Positions 10,093 to 19,397 of a DNA stretch of 43,091 nt are shown in pieces. The stretch is taken from positions 1 to 43,091 of the forward strand of contig CAZJRF010000001.1 in the NCBI GenBank assembly GCA_964548475.1, in the 5' to 3' direction. The notes under the pieces were generated by a model, which worked only from the letters and a program-made list of their open reading frames with translations, made no database searches and was not told the DNA's origin. Positions within the stretch are counted from its first letter, which is position 1; each line of letters opens with the position of its first letter. The stretch is from an uncultured Acidimicrobiia bacterium. Lineage in GTDB: Bacteria > Actinomycetota > Acidimicrobiia > Spongiisociales > UBA11373. A program made the translations under genes and the position numbers.

Positions 10093-13000
10093 TCACCGGG
10101 GGTGGGCGGCCAGCCAGGCGTGGCCTTCGGGACAGAAGCGGGCGAAGTCGCAATCGCGGCACGCCGGCGACGGGGTGGGGTCGCGTTCGCCCGCCGCCGC
10201 CCGGGCGGTCAGGTCGGCCAGGCGACGGCGGGCCCTTTCCAGCCAGGCGTCGTCCACCGCTTCGCTCACCTCCCGGAGCTCCCGGCCCCCCAGGTAGGCG
10301 AAGGTGACCCGGGTGTGGGGCGGCGCGGCATCGGCCAGGCCGGCGTCTGCCACCGCCACCGCGTAGGCCTCCAACTGCACCTGCCGGGCCGGATCGCGCC
10401 GCAAGGTGCCGCTCTTGAAGTCGACCACCTCCCAGCCGCCGTCGGCGTCTGCGTAGATCGCGTCGATGCGCCCGGCCACCCGGGCGTCCCCCACCGCCAG
10501 TTCGAAGGGGGCCTCCACCAGGATGGGTGAACGGGCGGCGAAGCGCGACGCGAGGAAGACGGCGAACGGATCGCCCCGCGTGTGCCGGCTCTCACCGGCC
10601 GGGAGGTCGTAGAAGGCCTCGCCGGCTTCCTCGACGGGGAGGTCTTCACGGTGGTGCAGTTCGATGCGCCGGTGTACCTCGATGCCGCGCTGCAGCCGAG
10701 GGGCGGGACGACGGGGCAGGCGGTCCACGGCGCTCCAGTGGAACCGAAGGGGGCAGGAGGCGAAGGTGACCAGGGCGGTGACGCTGGTACGGAAGAGGCG
10801 TGCTTCGTCGGTGTCCGCCAGGGGCGCGGGCAACTCCTCGAGCAGGCCGGCCAGCTCGGCGGCAGCCCGTCCGAAGGCGCCCACGATTCTCGCCCGGCGG
10901 GCGAGCCGGCGCGGGTAGGCAGGGTCGGCCACGGCTCGGCGCAGCGCGTCGAGCCAGCCCTCCCGGAAGAAGGGGTCGGGTGTGCCGGCTCTGGGATCCA
11001 GCCGCAGGGTTGGCGGCGGCTCCCCCGGTGCGTCGGTCAGGATGTGGTGCGCGACTCCTTCGACCTTCTGCGCCAGGTCGAACAGGGGGCTTTGCGTCCT
11101 GGGCAGCTTGCCACCGTACCAGTAGGCACCGGTGAGCATCAGATGGTGCTTGGCCCGCGTGACGGCCACATAGGCGGCGCGCCACTCCTGGTCGCCATGG
11201 CGGTGCTGGAGTTCCTCCTTGCGGTCGTCCGCATTTTCGGGCAGGCCGGGGAGCCAATCCCGGTCGAGGCGCAGGTGAGCGGGGAGGAACCAGGCATGGG
11301 CCGTCGGGTCCTCCAGGACGTGGGCTTGGCCGGGGAAGACCCCCTCCAACAAGGCGGGGAGCACCACCACCGGCCATTCCAGACCCTTGGCGCGGTGCAC
11401 GGTGAGCAGTACCACCGCGTCCTCACCGCTCAGCCTGGCGGTGTCGAGCTCGTCGTCGGCGCCCTCATCGAGCAGCAGGTCGAGGTAGTCGAGGAAGGCG
11501 TCGAGCGAGGGGGCGCCCTCCAGAGGGCTCCATGCCTCGGCCAGGTCGAGGAAGCGGTAGAGGTTGAGACGGGCGGAGAGGCGGGCGGCGTCGTCGAGAG
11601 CCTCGACCTCCGTCCAGGCCCCGGTCTCGTCGAGCACGCGGCGGCAGAGGGAGGCCAGGCTGAGGCCCTGGGCGGCCTCGAGCAGGCGGCGGTAGGTGTC
11701 CCGGAAGCCCTGCAGGCGGCGCTGTGCTTCGGGGGAGAACCCGGGGATCTCGTCGAGGTGGTCGAAGACCTCGAGAAGAGCCCGGCGGGGGCCTGCCTCA
11801 TCATTACGAAACGGCGAGCGTGGCTCCGCTCGCCGGGCGGCGGCCGGGGCCAGGTCGCCCAGGCCCAGGCGGTAGCGGCTGCCCAAGAGGACGCGCATCA
11901 AGGAGGCGTCGTCGTCGGGGCGGCCGAGGATGCACAGCCAGGCGTGCAGGTCGGCCACCTCGGGCACGTCGAGCAGCCCTCCCAGGGCGGCCACCTCGAC
12001 CGGGATCCCGTGTTGCTCCAAAGCCCCGCGCACCAATCCGATGTCGCGGTGGCGCCGGAAGAGGATGCCGGCGTCGCGCCACTCGATCTGCCCCGCCTCG
12101 TGCAGCTCGGCGAGCCTGCGGGCGATCCAGGAAGCTTCATCGACGGCGTTGTGGAACCAGGCCGTCTCCAGTTCCCCGGGCGGGGCCTCGTCGAGCGCCT
12201 GCAGGCGGTCGAGGCCGCTGGGCCGCGTGATCTTGCCTCTGACCCGGTTGGCCAGGTCGATGATGCGATGCGCCGACCGGCGGTTGTGGGAGAGGGTGAG
12301 GGTGGCCGCCGGGGTGCCGTCCAGCTCGGGGAAATGGACGGGGAAGGCGGCGAAGTTCTCCAGCGAGGCTCCCCGCCACTCGTAGATGGTCTGGTCGGGG
12401 TCGCCCACCGCCGTCACCGGGAAGCCGGACCCGAACAGCCGGCGCAGCACCTCCCGCTGGGCCGGGTTGGTGTCCTGGTACTCGTCGAGGAGGACCACCC
12501 GGTAGCGACTGCGCAGCCGGTCGGCTACCTCCGGGTGCTCGGCGAGCAGGCGGTGGCCGAGGGCGATCATGTCGGCGTAGTCGACCAGGCCCAGCTGCCG
12601 TTTTCGCTCGGTGTAGGCGCTGAGGACCTCGGCCATCTCGGCGCGCTTGAGTGTCACTTCGCCGTCCGGGTCGTCGGTGATCAGGTCGGCCGGCCGGCAG
12701 AGGTGGTCGCCCAGACGCCCGGCCAGAGCGCCCAGCTCACTCACCCGGGCGCCGGGGGAGGTGAGGTCGAGGGCCCGGCGAGGGGCAGCTCCCAGCGCGT
12801 CCCGCAGCAGCTGGCGGACGTAGCCGGGGGTGATTACCCCTGCCCCGCGCTCCACTCCCACCAGGGAGCCGAACTCGGCCAGCAGCCCGTGGGCGAAGCC
12901 GTGGTAGGTGTTCACCTCGACCTGGCGCCCGGCGGCGGACAGCTCGGGCAGGTGCAGCCGAAGACGGTCGGCCAGCTCCTCGGCCGCCTTGTTGGTGAAG

Positions 13001-13167
13001 GTGATGCCCAACGCCTCCTCGGGAGCGATCCCTTCGCGCCGGATGAGGGAGGCCAGGCGCAGCGCCATGGTGGTGGTCTTGCCGGTGCCGGCCCCGGCGG
13101 TGACCCGCAGCGGCCGGAGGGGGTAGTCGGCGACCGCCTGTTGTTCGGGAGTTGGGACCAGGCTCAC
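10093..13167 (-). CDS. adnB: ATP-dependent helicase-nuclease subunit, AdnB-like (UvrD-type SF1 motor + RecB-type nuclease with Cys cluster)
   Basis: TAGAGTGKTTT (Walker A), VLLDEYQDTNP (motif II), VHRAKGLEWPVV, nuclease GRIDAIY...VVDFKSG, terminal CRDCDFARFC. I place the start at GTG 13167, which overlaps the upstream gene's TGA (13164-13166). The track start is 13197. Confidence 0.85.
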   Translation of the reverse strand: MSLVPTPEQQAVADYPLRPLRVTAGAGTGKTTTMALRLASLIRREGIAPEEALGITFTNKAAEELADRLRLHLPELSAAGRQVEVNTYHGFAHGLLAEFGSLVGVERGAGVITPGYVRQLLRDALGAAPRRALDLTSPGARVSELGALAGRLGDHLCRPADLITDDPDGEVTLKRAEMAEVLSAYTERKRQLGLVDYADMIALGHRLLAEHPEVADRLRSRYRVVLLDEYQDTNPAQREVLRRLFGSGFPVTAVGDPDQTIYEWRGASLENFAAFPVHFPELDGTPAATLTLSHNRRSAHRIIDLANRVRGKITRPSGLDRLQALDEAPPGELETAWFHNAVDEASWIARRLAELHEAGQIEWRDAGILFRRHRDIGLVRGALEQHGIPVEVAALGGLLDVPEVADLHAWLCILGRPDDDASLMRVLLGSRYRLGLGDLAPAAARRAEPRSPFRNDEAGPRRALLEVFDHLDEIPGFSPEAQRRLQGFRDTYRRLLEAAQGLSLASLCRRVLDETGAWTEVEALDDAARLSARLNLYRFLDLAEAWSPLEGAPSLDAFLDYLDLLLDEGADDELDTARLSGEDAVVLLTVHRAKGLEWPVVVLPALLEGVFPGQAHVLEDPTAHAWFLPAHLRLDRDWLPGLPENADDRKEELQHRHGDQEWRAAYVAVTRAKHHLMLTGAYWYGGKLPRTQSPLFDLAQKVEGVAHHILTDAPGEPPPTLRLDPRAGTPDPFFREGWLDALRRAVADPAYPRRLARRARIVGAFGRAAAELAGLLEELPAPLADTDEARLFRTSVTALVTFASCPLRFHWSAVDRLPRRPAPRLQRGIEVHRRIELHHREDLPVEEAGEAFYDLPAGESRHTRGDPFAVFLASRFAARSPILVEAPFELAVGDARVAGRIDAIYADADGGWEVVDFKSGTLRRDPARQVQLEAYAVAVADAGLADAAPPHTRVTFAYLGGRELREVSEAVDDAWLERARRRLADLTARAAAGERDPTPSPACRDCDFARFCPEGHAWLAAHPR

Positions 13168-16163
13168 GGCAGGTAAGCCTCCCGGCCTTCGGGCCACTCG
13201 GGGCAGACCCGGCGCACCGCGCAGTTGCGGCAGTGGTCGCCGGGGGTGGGATCCCAGCGCTCGGCGCGTATGCCGGCGGCGGCCTGTGCCATTTGATCCC
13301 GGACCTCGTCACGCCGTTCCGGATCGAACGGACGGATGCTGACGCTCTTGGTGTGAGCGGCGGGGAACCACATCTCGGCCCCCGCCACCCGGCCCAATGG
13401 GCTCACCGCCGGGTCCGTCTCGGCGGCCAGCAGGTAGAAGCCGAGTTGCAGCGAGCAAGCGGCCTCGTCCGGCTTCACGGCGGTGCGGGCCGTCTTGTAA
13501 TCGACGATGTGCACCGCCGGCGGGTCGCCGCGCACCTCGATGCGGTCGGCCCGGCCCCGCCAACGGATCCCGTCGACCTCGAGGGCCAGGTTGTGCTCCA
13601 CCGCTCTCACCGATCCGGCGCTGGGCCACCGCTCGTACAGGTGGCGCAGCACTTCCTCGCCCCGTCGCCGCCAGGCATCGGCCCAGCCGCCCCCTCCGAA
13701 GGGGATGGGGTCCCAGATCTCGGCAAGGACGGCAAGGGCCCGGTCCAGGGTGCCGTGCGCCTCCCCGGCGGCCAGGGCCTCGCCTTCGACGGTCTCGAGC
13801 ACCTGGTGGACGAGCGATCCGATCGAGGCGTACACCGAGCCCTCGTCGGCCACGTGTAGCCAGCGCTCGAAGGCGTAGCGGCGGGGGCACTGCCGGTAGG
13901 AGTCGGCCTGGCTGGGGGAGAGGGCGAGGCCGGTGGGGATCAGGCCGTGATCGGGGCCCCGCTCGCGCACTCCGGCGCACTCCTCCGCGGGGCGTGCTCG
14001 CCAATCGCCCGGGCCGACCAGGGCCTGCAGGACGGCGAGGCGCCGGGGGGGAGGCTGCTCCGGGTCGGCGAGGCGGCGGCGCAGCCAGGCCTCGGCCTCG
14101 AGCGGGGTGGAGGGCTCGGCCGTCTCGGCGGGGGGGCGGGCGGCCTCGGCCACGGTGGGGACGCCGGCCACCGGGGCGAGGAAACGGCTGGGCATGCCCC
14201 GGCCTTCCTCGAAGCCGGCGGCAGTGCAGGTCCACACCACCCGCCGCCGGGCCCGGCACATGGCGGTGTAGGCCAGGCGGGTCTCTTCTTGAAGGCGGAA
14301 GCGGGAGTAGGCGCCGGTCGCCCCGGGCAGGTAGGGCGACAGGTGGCGCACTCCCAGCAGGGACTCGCGCAGGCGCAGGTCGGGGAACACCCCTTCGACC
14401 GCGTCGGCGATGAACACGAGGTCGAACTCCACCCCCTTGGCCTGATGCAGGGTGGCGAGGGTGAGGCGGTCCTCCTCGGGCGGGGCGTACTCGAGCAGGG
14501 GGGTGGCTTCGAAGTCCTCCGCCTCGCTCCAACGCAGGTAGTCGGCCAGGGTGGCGCGGGGGTCGCGCTCGTGGAGGCGTCCCACCACCTGGGCCAGGGA
14601 GGACCAGGCGGCGCGCTCTTCCTGCCGATGGGGGGAGCCGACCAGTTCGGGCACGTGGGGCAGGGTGGACCACAGGTGCCACAGGCCCTCGGCGGCGGGC
14701 CGGCGCACCGCCCAGGCCGGGTCGGAGATCAGGCCGGCGAGGGCCTCGCCTCCGGGAAGGCGGCGGCGGATTACCTCGTTCCACGGGTCGCCGGTGCGGG
14801 CCTGTTCCCGTTCGAGCTCCCGTACGGCCGACAGGGTCAGGCCGGCCGGGGCGCCGAGGAGCAAGCGGCGCAGGGCGGTCGCTCGCTCGGAGGGGGGGCC
14901 GGCGGCAGCGCGCACGCAATCGAGCACCACCCGTACCGCGGGGTGGTCCACCAGGCGTTGGTCGGGCTCCTGGTGGGGGATGCCGCGCCGTTCCAGGGCA
15001 CGGGAGAGCTCGGGGAGGAAGCGACGCTTGCTGCGCACCAGCACGGCCATGTGGCGGTAGGGGACGCGATCGCGCAGGTGCGCCCGCTGGACCTCGGCCG
15101 CGATCCACTCGGCTTCGTGCGTCTGCTGGTCGAAGGCGTAGGTCTCCACCACTCCCCGACCGGGGGCCGGCTTGACCGGCCCGGCCTCGCCGGGCAGCTC
15201 GCCTCCGGCGGTGATCCGCACCGCTGCCGCCAGGATCTCGGCGGGCACCCGGAAGGAGGTGGTGAGCACGATGCGTCGCGCCGGACGGCCCTCGGCGTCC
15301 GGGAAGGACTCGGGGAACTCGGCCACGTTGGTGAGGGCCGTCCCCCGGAAGGAGTAGATCGACTGGTAAGGGTCGCCGGCCACCGTCAGGTTGCGGTGGG
15401 GCAGGTAGAGCCGCTGCAACAGCCGGGCCTGGGCCAGGGTGGTGTCCTGGTACTCGTCCACCAGGACGCAGCGGAACCGGCCGGCCACCCGGGCCCGCAT
15501 CTCGTGGTCGTCGAGCAGTTCGACGGCGACCGTCTGCAGGGTGCCGTAGTCGATTCGTCCTTCGGCAGCCAAGGCCGCGCGGTAGCGCTCCAGGAAGCCG
15601 GGCAGGGCACGCCAGTCGTCGCGCTGCCGGGCTCGAGCGGCCAGCCCGTCGGGGCCGACAAGGTTCTCCTGGCAGCGCAGAACAAAGTCGGCCACCTCGC
15701 GAGCCAGGGTGCTGGTGGCCAGGAGGCCGCGGAAGGGTAGGGGCCAGGCCGCCGGGTCTTCGGCGGCGAGCAATTGCCTGACGATCTCGACCTGTTCGGG
15801 GCCGGTGAGCAGCGCGGGCAACCCGCCCCATCCGGCGAGCCGGTCGGCGTGAGCCTCGATGAGGCGGAAGGCGAACGAGTGGAAGGTGGAGACCGGGATC
15901 ACCGTGAAGGAGCGGTTCAGGCCGGCGGCGACCCGGGAACGGAGATCGGCCACCCCCCGGCGGGAGAAGGAGAGCAGGAGCAGTTGCTCCGGGCTGATCC
16001 CCCGGTCTCGGATGAGGTGGAGGGCCCGCCGGGCCAGGAACTCGGTCTTGCCGGCCCCGGGTCCCGCCACCACCAGCTGGGGGCCCTCGGCCGCGGCGAC
16101 GGCAGCGTCCCAACCGTCGGGATCGACCCGGGTCTCGGGGATAGCCGCTGCCATGGACCCCAC
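13164..16163 (-). CDS. adnA: ATP-dependent helicase-nuclease subunit, AdnA-like
   Basis: VAGPGAGKTEF (Walker A), VLVDEYQDTTLAQ, LHQAKGVEFDLVFI, nuclease GRADRIE...IVDYKTAR, terminal CRNCAVRRVCPEW. ATG 16154, preceded by GGTGGGG, is a likelier start than GTG 16163. Confidence 0.85.
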   Translation of the reverse strand: MGSMAAAIPETRVDPDGWDAAVAAAEGPQLVVAGPGAGKTEFLARRALHLIRDRGISPEQLLLLSFSRRGVADLRSRVAAGLNRSFTVIPVSTFHSFAFRLIEAHADRLAGWGGLPALLTGPEQVEIVRQLLAAEDPAAWPLPFRGLLATSTLAREVADFVLRCQENLVGPDGLAARARQRDDWRALPGFLERYRAALAAEGRIDYGTLQTVAVELLDDHEMRARVAGRFRCVLVDEYQDTTLAQARLLQRLYLPHRNLTVAGDPYQSIYSFRGTALTNVAEFPESFPDAEGRPARRIVLTTSFRVPAEILAAAVRITAGGELPGEAGPVKPAPGRGVVETYAFDQQTHEAEWIAAEVQRAHLRDRVPYRHMAVLVRSKRRFLPELSRALERRGIPHQEPDQRLVDHPAVRVVLDCVRAAAGPPSERATALRRLLLGAPAGLTLSAVRELEREQARTGDPWNEVIRRRLPGGEALAGLISDPAWAVRRPAAEGLWHLWSTLPHVPELVGSPHRQEERAAWSSLAQVVGRLHERDPRATLADYLRWSEAEDFEATPLLEYAPPEEDRLTLATLHQAKGVEFDLVFIADAVEGVFPDLRLRESLLGVRHLSPYLPGATGAYSRFRLQEETRLAYTAMCRARRRVVWTCTAAGFEEGRGMPSRFLAPVAGVPTVAEAARPPAETAEPSTPLEAEAWLRRRLADPEQPPPRRLAVLQALVGPGDWRARPAEECAGVRERGPDHGLIPTGLALSPSQADSYRQCPRRYAFERWLHVADEGSVYASIGSLVHQVLETVEGEALAAGEAHGTLDRALAVLAEIWDPIPFGGGGWADAWRRRGEEVLRHLYERWPSAGSVRAVEHNLALEVDGIRWRGRADRIEVRGDPPAVHIVDYKTARTAVKPDEAACSLQLGFYLLAAETDPAVSPLGRVAGAEMWFPAAHTKSVSIRPFDPERRDEVRDQMAQAAAGIRAERWDPTPGDHCRNCAVRRVCPEWPEGREAYLP

Positions 16164-16200
16164 CGTATCGCACGGGTGTGACGCGGGAGGTGCCGCGGAA

Positions 16201-16677
16201 TCAGAAGGCCAGCGGCTCCTGGTGGGGGAGGGCGGTGCCGTCGTGGAGGAGGTGGACCACCCGCAGCCCTCTCTCCTCGAGGGCGGGGGCGATCAGGAGG
16301 GCGCGGTGGCAGTGCTCGGGCCGCTCTTCGGCACACAGCAGGGCCACTCCGGCCTCGGAGGCCATGGCGGCCACGTGGACCAGGGCGGCCTGGAAGCGAG
16401 GCGAGCGGCGGATGGCCGGGTAGTCGGGGCCGCCGTCGGGCAGCAGCAGGGCCGGGTCGTGGGGCCGGCCGCCCAGTGCGTCGCCCATCCAGCGGTAGCC
16501 GAAGCCGGCGGCGGCGGCCAGTTCTTCCAGGGGCCCGCGCGTGAACTCGGGAGCGTGGCGGGAGAAGGGCTGCGAGCGGACGTCGATGATGGTGGCCACC
16601 CCGTGCCGCTCGAGCACGGCTGCTACCTGAGAGAAGCCGGCCCGGCCGTGGCCGATGGTGCAGATGGCGGCGGGCAT
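16201..16677 (-). CDS. DUF488 family protein
   Basis: ICTIGHG...IIDVRSQPFSRHAPEF...GYRWMGDALGG...LLCAEERPEHCHRALL matches the DUF488 signature. I place the start at the internal ATG 16677 (MPAAICTIGHG). The track ORF runs to 16725. Confidence 0.82.
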   Translation of the reverse strand: MPAAICTIGHGRAGFSQVAAVLERHGVATIIDVRSQPFSRHAPEFTRGPLEELAAAAGFGYRWMGDALGGRPHDPALLLPDGGPDYPAIRRSPRFQAALVHVAAMASEAGVALLCAEERPEHCHRALLIAPALEERGLRVVHLLHDGTALPHQEPLAF

Positions 16678-16732
16678 CGGGCCTCCGGGGGTCGGGCGGG
16701 TCCCATTCTGCCCTGAGACGGCCACGTGATGC

Positions 16733-17527
16733 TCAATCGCCGGCGCCGTCGCCCGCGTCGGCGGTCTCGTCCACCCCGGCCCAGGCCGGGCAGATGCTCT
16801 TGAAGGAGCACCAGTCGCAGAGCGGGCCGGGGCGGGGCGGGAAATCGTCGCGCTCGAGGGCCCGTTCGATGGCCGCCCACAGGGCGCGCAGCTGACGGTC
16901 CATGGCCTGGAGTTGGCCGGGGTTCACCTCGAGTTCGTACACCGTGGGGCCGTTGAGGTAAATCAGCCGCAGCAGGTCGGGGGCCCGCCCGGTGCGACGC
17001 CGCACCAGCAGGGCGTAGATCTTGAGAGCGAAGAAGGCGGGGAGGGCGTATTGCTCCGGTGGGGCCTTGCCGGTCTTGTAGTCGCTGATGATGAGGCGGC
17101 CATCGGGGGCGGTCTCCATGCGGTCGAGGATGCCCCGGATGGTGATGCCGTCTAGGTCCTCGAGCAGGTCCATCTCCCGGGCCAGGGGCTCGAAGGAAGA
17201 GGGATCCTCGACCGCGAAGTAGTTGGCCAGGGTCCGCAGGCTCTCCAGGCCCCAGGCGCGCTCTTCCTCGACGTCGGCGAACAGGTCCGGGTACTCGGAG
17301 TCACGTATCTCGACCCAGGCCCGGCGGAAGAGGTCGTACAGCGCCTCGGGGGTGCGCTGCTCCGGGGGCAGGTCGAACAGGCGCTGCAGGGCGAGGTGGG
17401 AGGTGGTTCCCCGGGCCTGGTAGGGAGTGGGCGGCTCGGGCAGCCGGTCGATGGCCCGGAAGCGGAACAGCTGGGGGCAGTGCTTGAAGTCGCCGGCCCG
17501 GCTGGGTGATAGGGTCTTGAGTCCCAT
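16733..17527 (-). CDS. RecB-family PD-(D/E)XK nuclease with C-terminal Cys cluster (mycobacterial Rv2119-like, Cas4-like fold)
   Basis: N-terminus LSPSRAGDFKHCPQLFRFRAIDRLPEP, ISDYKTGK (D-x-K), C-terminal CDWCSFKSICP. I place the start at ATG 17527 (MGLKTLSPSR). The track start is 17557. Confidence 0.82.
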   Translation of the reverse strand: MGLKTLSPSRAGDFKHCPQLFRFRAIDRLPEPPTPYQARGTTSHLALQRLFDLPPEQRTPEALYDLFRRAWVEIRDSEYPDLFADVEEERAWGLESLRTLANYFAVEDPSSFEPLAREMDLLEDLDGITIRGILDRMETAPDGRLIISDYKTGKAPPEQYALPAFFALKIYALLVRRRTGRAPDLLRLIYLNGPTVYELEVNPGQLQAMDRQLRALWAAIERALERDDFPPRPGPLCDWCSFKSICPAWAGVDETADAGDGAGD

Positions 17528-17566
17528 GCCGGGGACTCTAGGCCGGGCGAGTGACACGGTTGTAGT

Positions 17567-18898
17567 TCACACTTTCCCGGCGACCGGCCGGCGCCGGGGC
17601 GCCAGGTCGCCGTCCCACACTGCGTAGGCCAGGGTGGCGGCGATCATCACCGCCGCGGCGGTGGCGAACATCGCCTTGTAGCCAAAATGGAGGATGACCC
17701 AGCCCAGCATGGGTGAGCCCACCAGGATCCCCGCGTCGAGAAACACAGTGAAGACGGCCATGGCCGACCCCCGCTCCTCAGGCGAGCTGCGCTCCACGAC
17801 GCCGGCGAACAAGATGGGGAAGGCATACCCGAGCCCGCCTCCGCAGAGAACCCCGGCGACGACGGTCCAGGCGGTGGAGGAGCCCAGGGCTGTGACCAGG
17901 AACCCAGCGGCGATGGCCGCCAGGGAGGGGTAGGTGACCCGGCCGCGTCCTACCCGGTCGGGGAGCCACCCCCCAAAGATCCGTATTGCCACTGCCGTGC
18001 TCGCGTAGGCCCCGAAGAAGAGGCCCACCGAGCCGATCCCGGTGGTGTCCACATAGGTGCGCATGAAGGTCCAGTAACTGGTGAGAGTGACGCACATCCA
18101 GAAGGCCATCATCCAGAGGGGGAGCAGGTCGCGCTGGATCAGGGCGCGCCGGAATCCCCCTCTTCGCCCGATCGGTACGCCGGCCGCGCCCTTCGGGCGC
18201 TGCTCCGGCAGGCGCATCGAGAGCAGCAGGCCGGCGGCGGCGAACCCGAGCGCCGCCCAGAGCACACCGTGGAATCCCCCGGCGGCGAGGACCACATCGC
18301 CCACCCAGCCGCCCACCGCGGCGGGCAGCATGCTGGAGGCGGCGAACAGGGCCAGCCCCTGCGTGCGCCGCGTCTCGGGCACCTGGTCGGCGCCGTAGGT
18401 GGAGACGGCGGTGAAGGTGAGGGCGGCCGCTACCCCGTGCAGGATCCGCACTGCCACCAGCCAGGGCCCCACCGCGGTCACGGTGAAGTAGAGGGGGATG
18501 GCGATCACGCTCAGCAGCCCGCCGGCCAGGATGGCGGGACGCCGGCCGCGGCGGTCCATGGCATTGCCCACCCCGGGCCGGATGAGTATCGAGGCCACCG
18601 CCGTGGCGGCCACGATGAGACCGATGGTCACCTCGTCGGCTCCCAGGTCGGTGAGGAAGCGGGGGAGGTGAATGAACATGAAAAACGACAGGCCTTGCAG
18701 CAGGTTCACCGACGCGGCCAGGACGAGGGGGATGGTGAGGAGCCGGACCCGCGGCGGCAGGGAGGGGTGCACGGCGCCGGAGCATATCCGTTCGTGAAGC
18801 CCCGTCTGCTGGTCCGGAGAGCACCCGGCTGAGACTCGCGAAAACCAGATAGGGCCCGCGAAAAGCAACCATCCGTCGCGCTTGACGCCGGGGTCCAT
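17567..18898 (-). CDS. MFS transporter
   Basis: The hydrophobic profile fits about 12 TM segments. MFS motif A is present (GNAMDRRGRRP). ATG 18898 follows GAAGGTAGAGAG. GTG 18772 is an alternative start that would remove 42 residues. Confidence 0.85.
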   Translation of the reverse strand: MDPGVKRDGWLLFAGPIWFSRVSAGCSPDQQTGLHERICSGAVHPSLPPRVRLLTIPLVLAASVNLLQGLSFFMFIHLPRFLTDLGADEVTIGLIVAATAVASILIRPGVGNAMDRRGRRPAILAGGLLSVIAIPLYFTVTAVGPWLVAVRILHGVAAALTFTAVSTYGADQVPETRRTQGLALFAASSMLPAAVGGWVGDVVLAAGGFHGVLWAALGFAAAGLLLSMRLPEQRPKGAAGVPIGRRGGFRRALIQRDLLPLWMMAFWMCVTLTSYWTFMRTYVDTTGIGSVGLFFGAYASTAVAIRIFGGWLPDRVGRGRVTYPSLAAIAAGFLVTALGSSTAWTVVAGVLCGGGLGYAFPILFAGVVERSSPEERGSAMAVFTVFLDAGILVGSPMLGWVILHFGYKAMFATAAAVMIAATLAYAVWDGDLAPRRRPVAGKV

Positions 18899-18956
18899 GG
18901 CTCTCTACCTTCTGTTTACCTTCTCCCCAGGTAAGCAAGAGCCCGGGGAGGTGGCA

Positions 18957-19177
18957 CCGGCGGACCGCCCCCGCAAGGGGGACGGTCGGGCGGAGACCAA
19001 GAAGCCGCCCGGTCGCCGCCGGGCCGGCGTCCGGACCTAGGAACCGGATGACGGGAAGCCGAGAGGGGTGCAAGACTCTCCCGGCGGCTCAACGCCCAGG
19101 CGTTACCGAAAGGGCGCCGAGGCGAAGGGTTGAGGCCCCGAGGGGGCTGCGGCTCAGGCCAAGGCTTCCTCGGGGTC
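18957..19177 (+). other. structured, apparently non-coding segment (three-way junction plus nested helices), strand inferred from loop chemistry
   Basis: Outer helix 18957-18963/19016-19022 encloses hairpin 18964-18986 (ACCG-CCCCC-GCAA-GGGGG-A-CGGU) and hairpin 18988-19010 (GGGCGG/CCGCCC). A 9-bp helix pairs 19135-19143 with 19168-19176. No protein-like ORF covers it. Confidence 0.25.
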
Positions 19178-19362
19178 TCGCTTTTCTGCGTTCATCTTCG
19201 GTGACTCCGCGGTCCCGTTCGTGATATTGCTCGATGGCCGCAACGACGGGGGTGCGCTGGGCGGGTCCAAGCGGCGGTTGGGGAGCCAGCGTTCTCGGGA
19301 GCCCGATCGTGCCACCCCGCGAAAACACTTTCAGAGTCGCGAAAACCCAGCAGCGCCGGCGG

Positions 19363-19391
19363 TTGACGAAGCAGAGAACACCCCCTACATT
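19363..19391 (+). promoter_or_regulatory. candidate sigma-70/SigA-type promoter: TTGACG - 17 nt - TACATT
   Basis: The -35 TTGACG (19363-19368) is followed by an exactly 17-nt spacer and the -10 TACATT (19386-19391). It sits in a locally AT-richer patch. The predicted TSS is near 19397-19399, about 330 nt upstream of ATG 19728. Confidence 0.4.
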
Positions 19392-19397
19392 GTGTGA

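Noticed and set aside
10582-13176. An 864-aa plus-strand ORF. Similar long ORFs lie at 13309-16173 (-, 954 aa), 4329-5951 (-, 540 aa), 36427-38334 (-, 635 aa), 38620-40101 (-, 493 aa) and 19089-20285 (-, 398 aa).
   Set aside because: All are antisense to, or frame-shifted over, genes with clear family motifs (adnB, adnA, ychF, smc, ftsY/cdd, bPH). Their products are Arg/Pro/Gly/Ala low-complexity strings, typical of shadow ORFs in high-GC DNA.
18906-18924. Direct repeat TACCTTCT x2 immediately upstream of the MFS start (minus strand reads AGAAGGTA twice).
   Set aside because: Most simply explained as the Shine-Dalgarno-like AAGG region of the MFS gene. The repeat is only 8 nt, and there is no evidence for a separate function.
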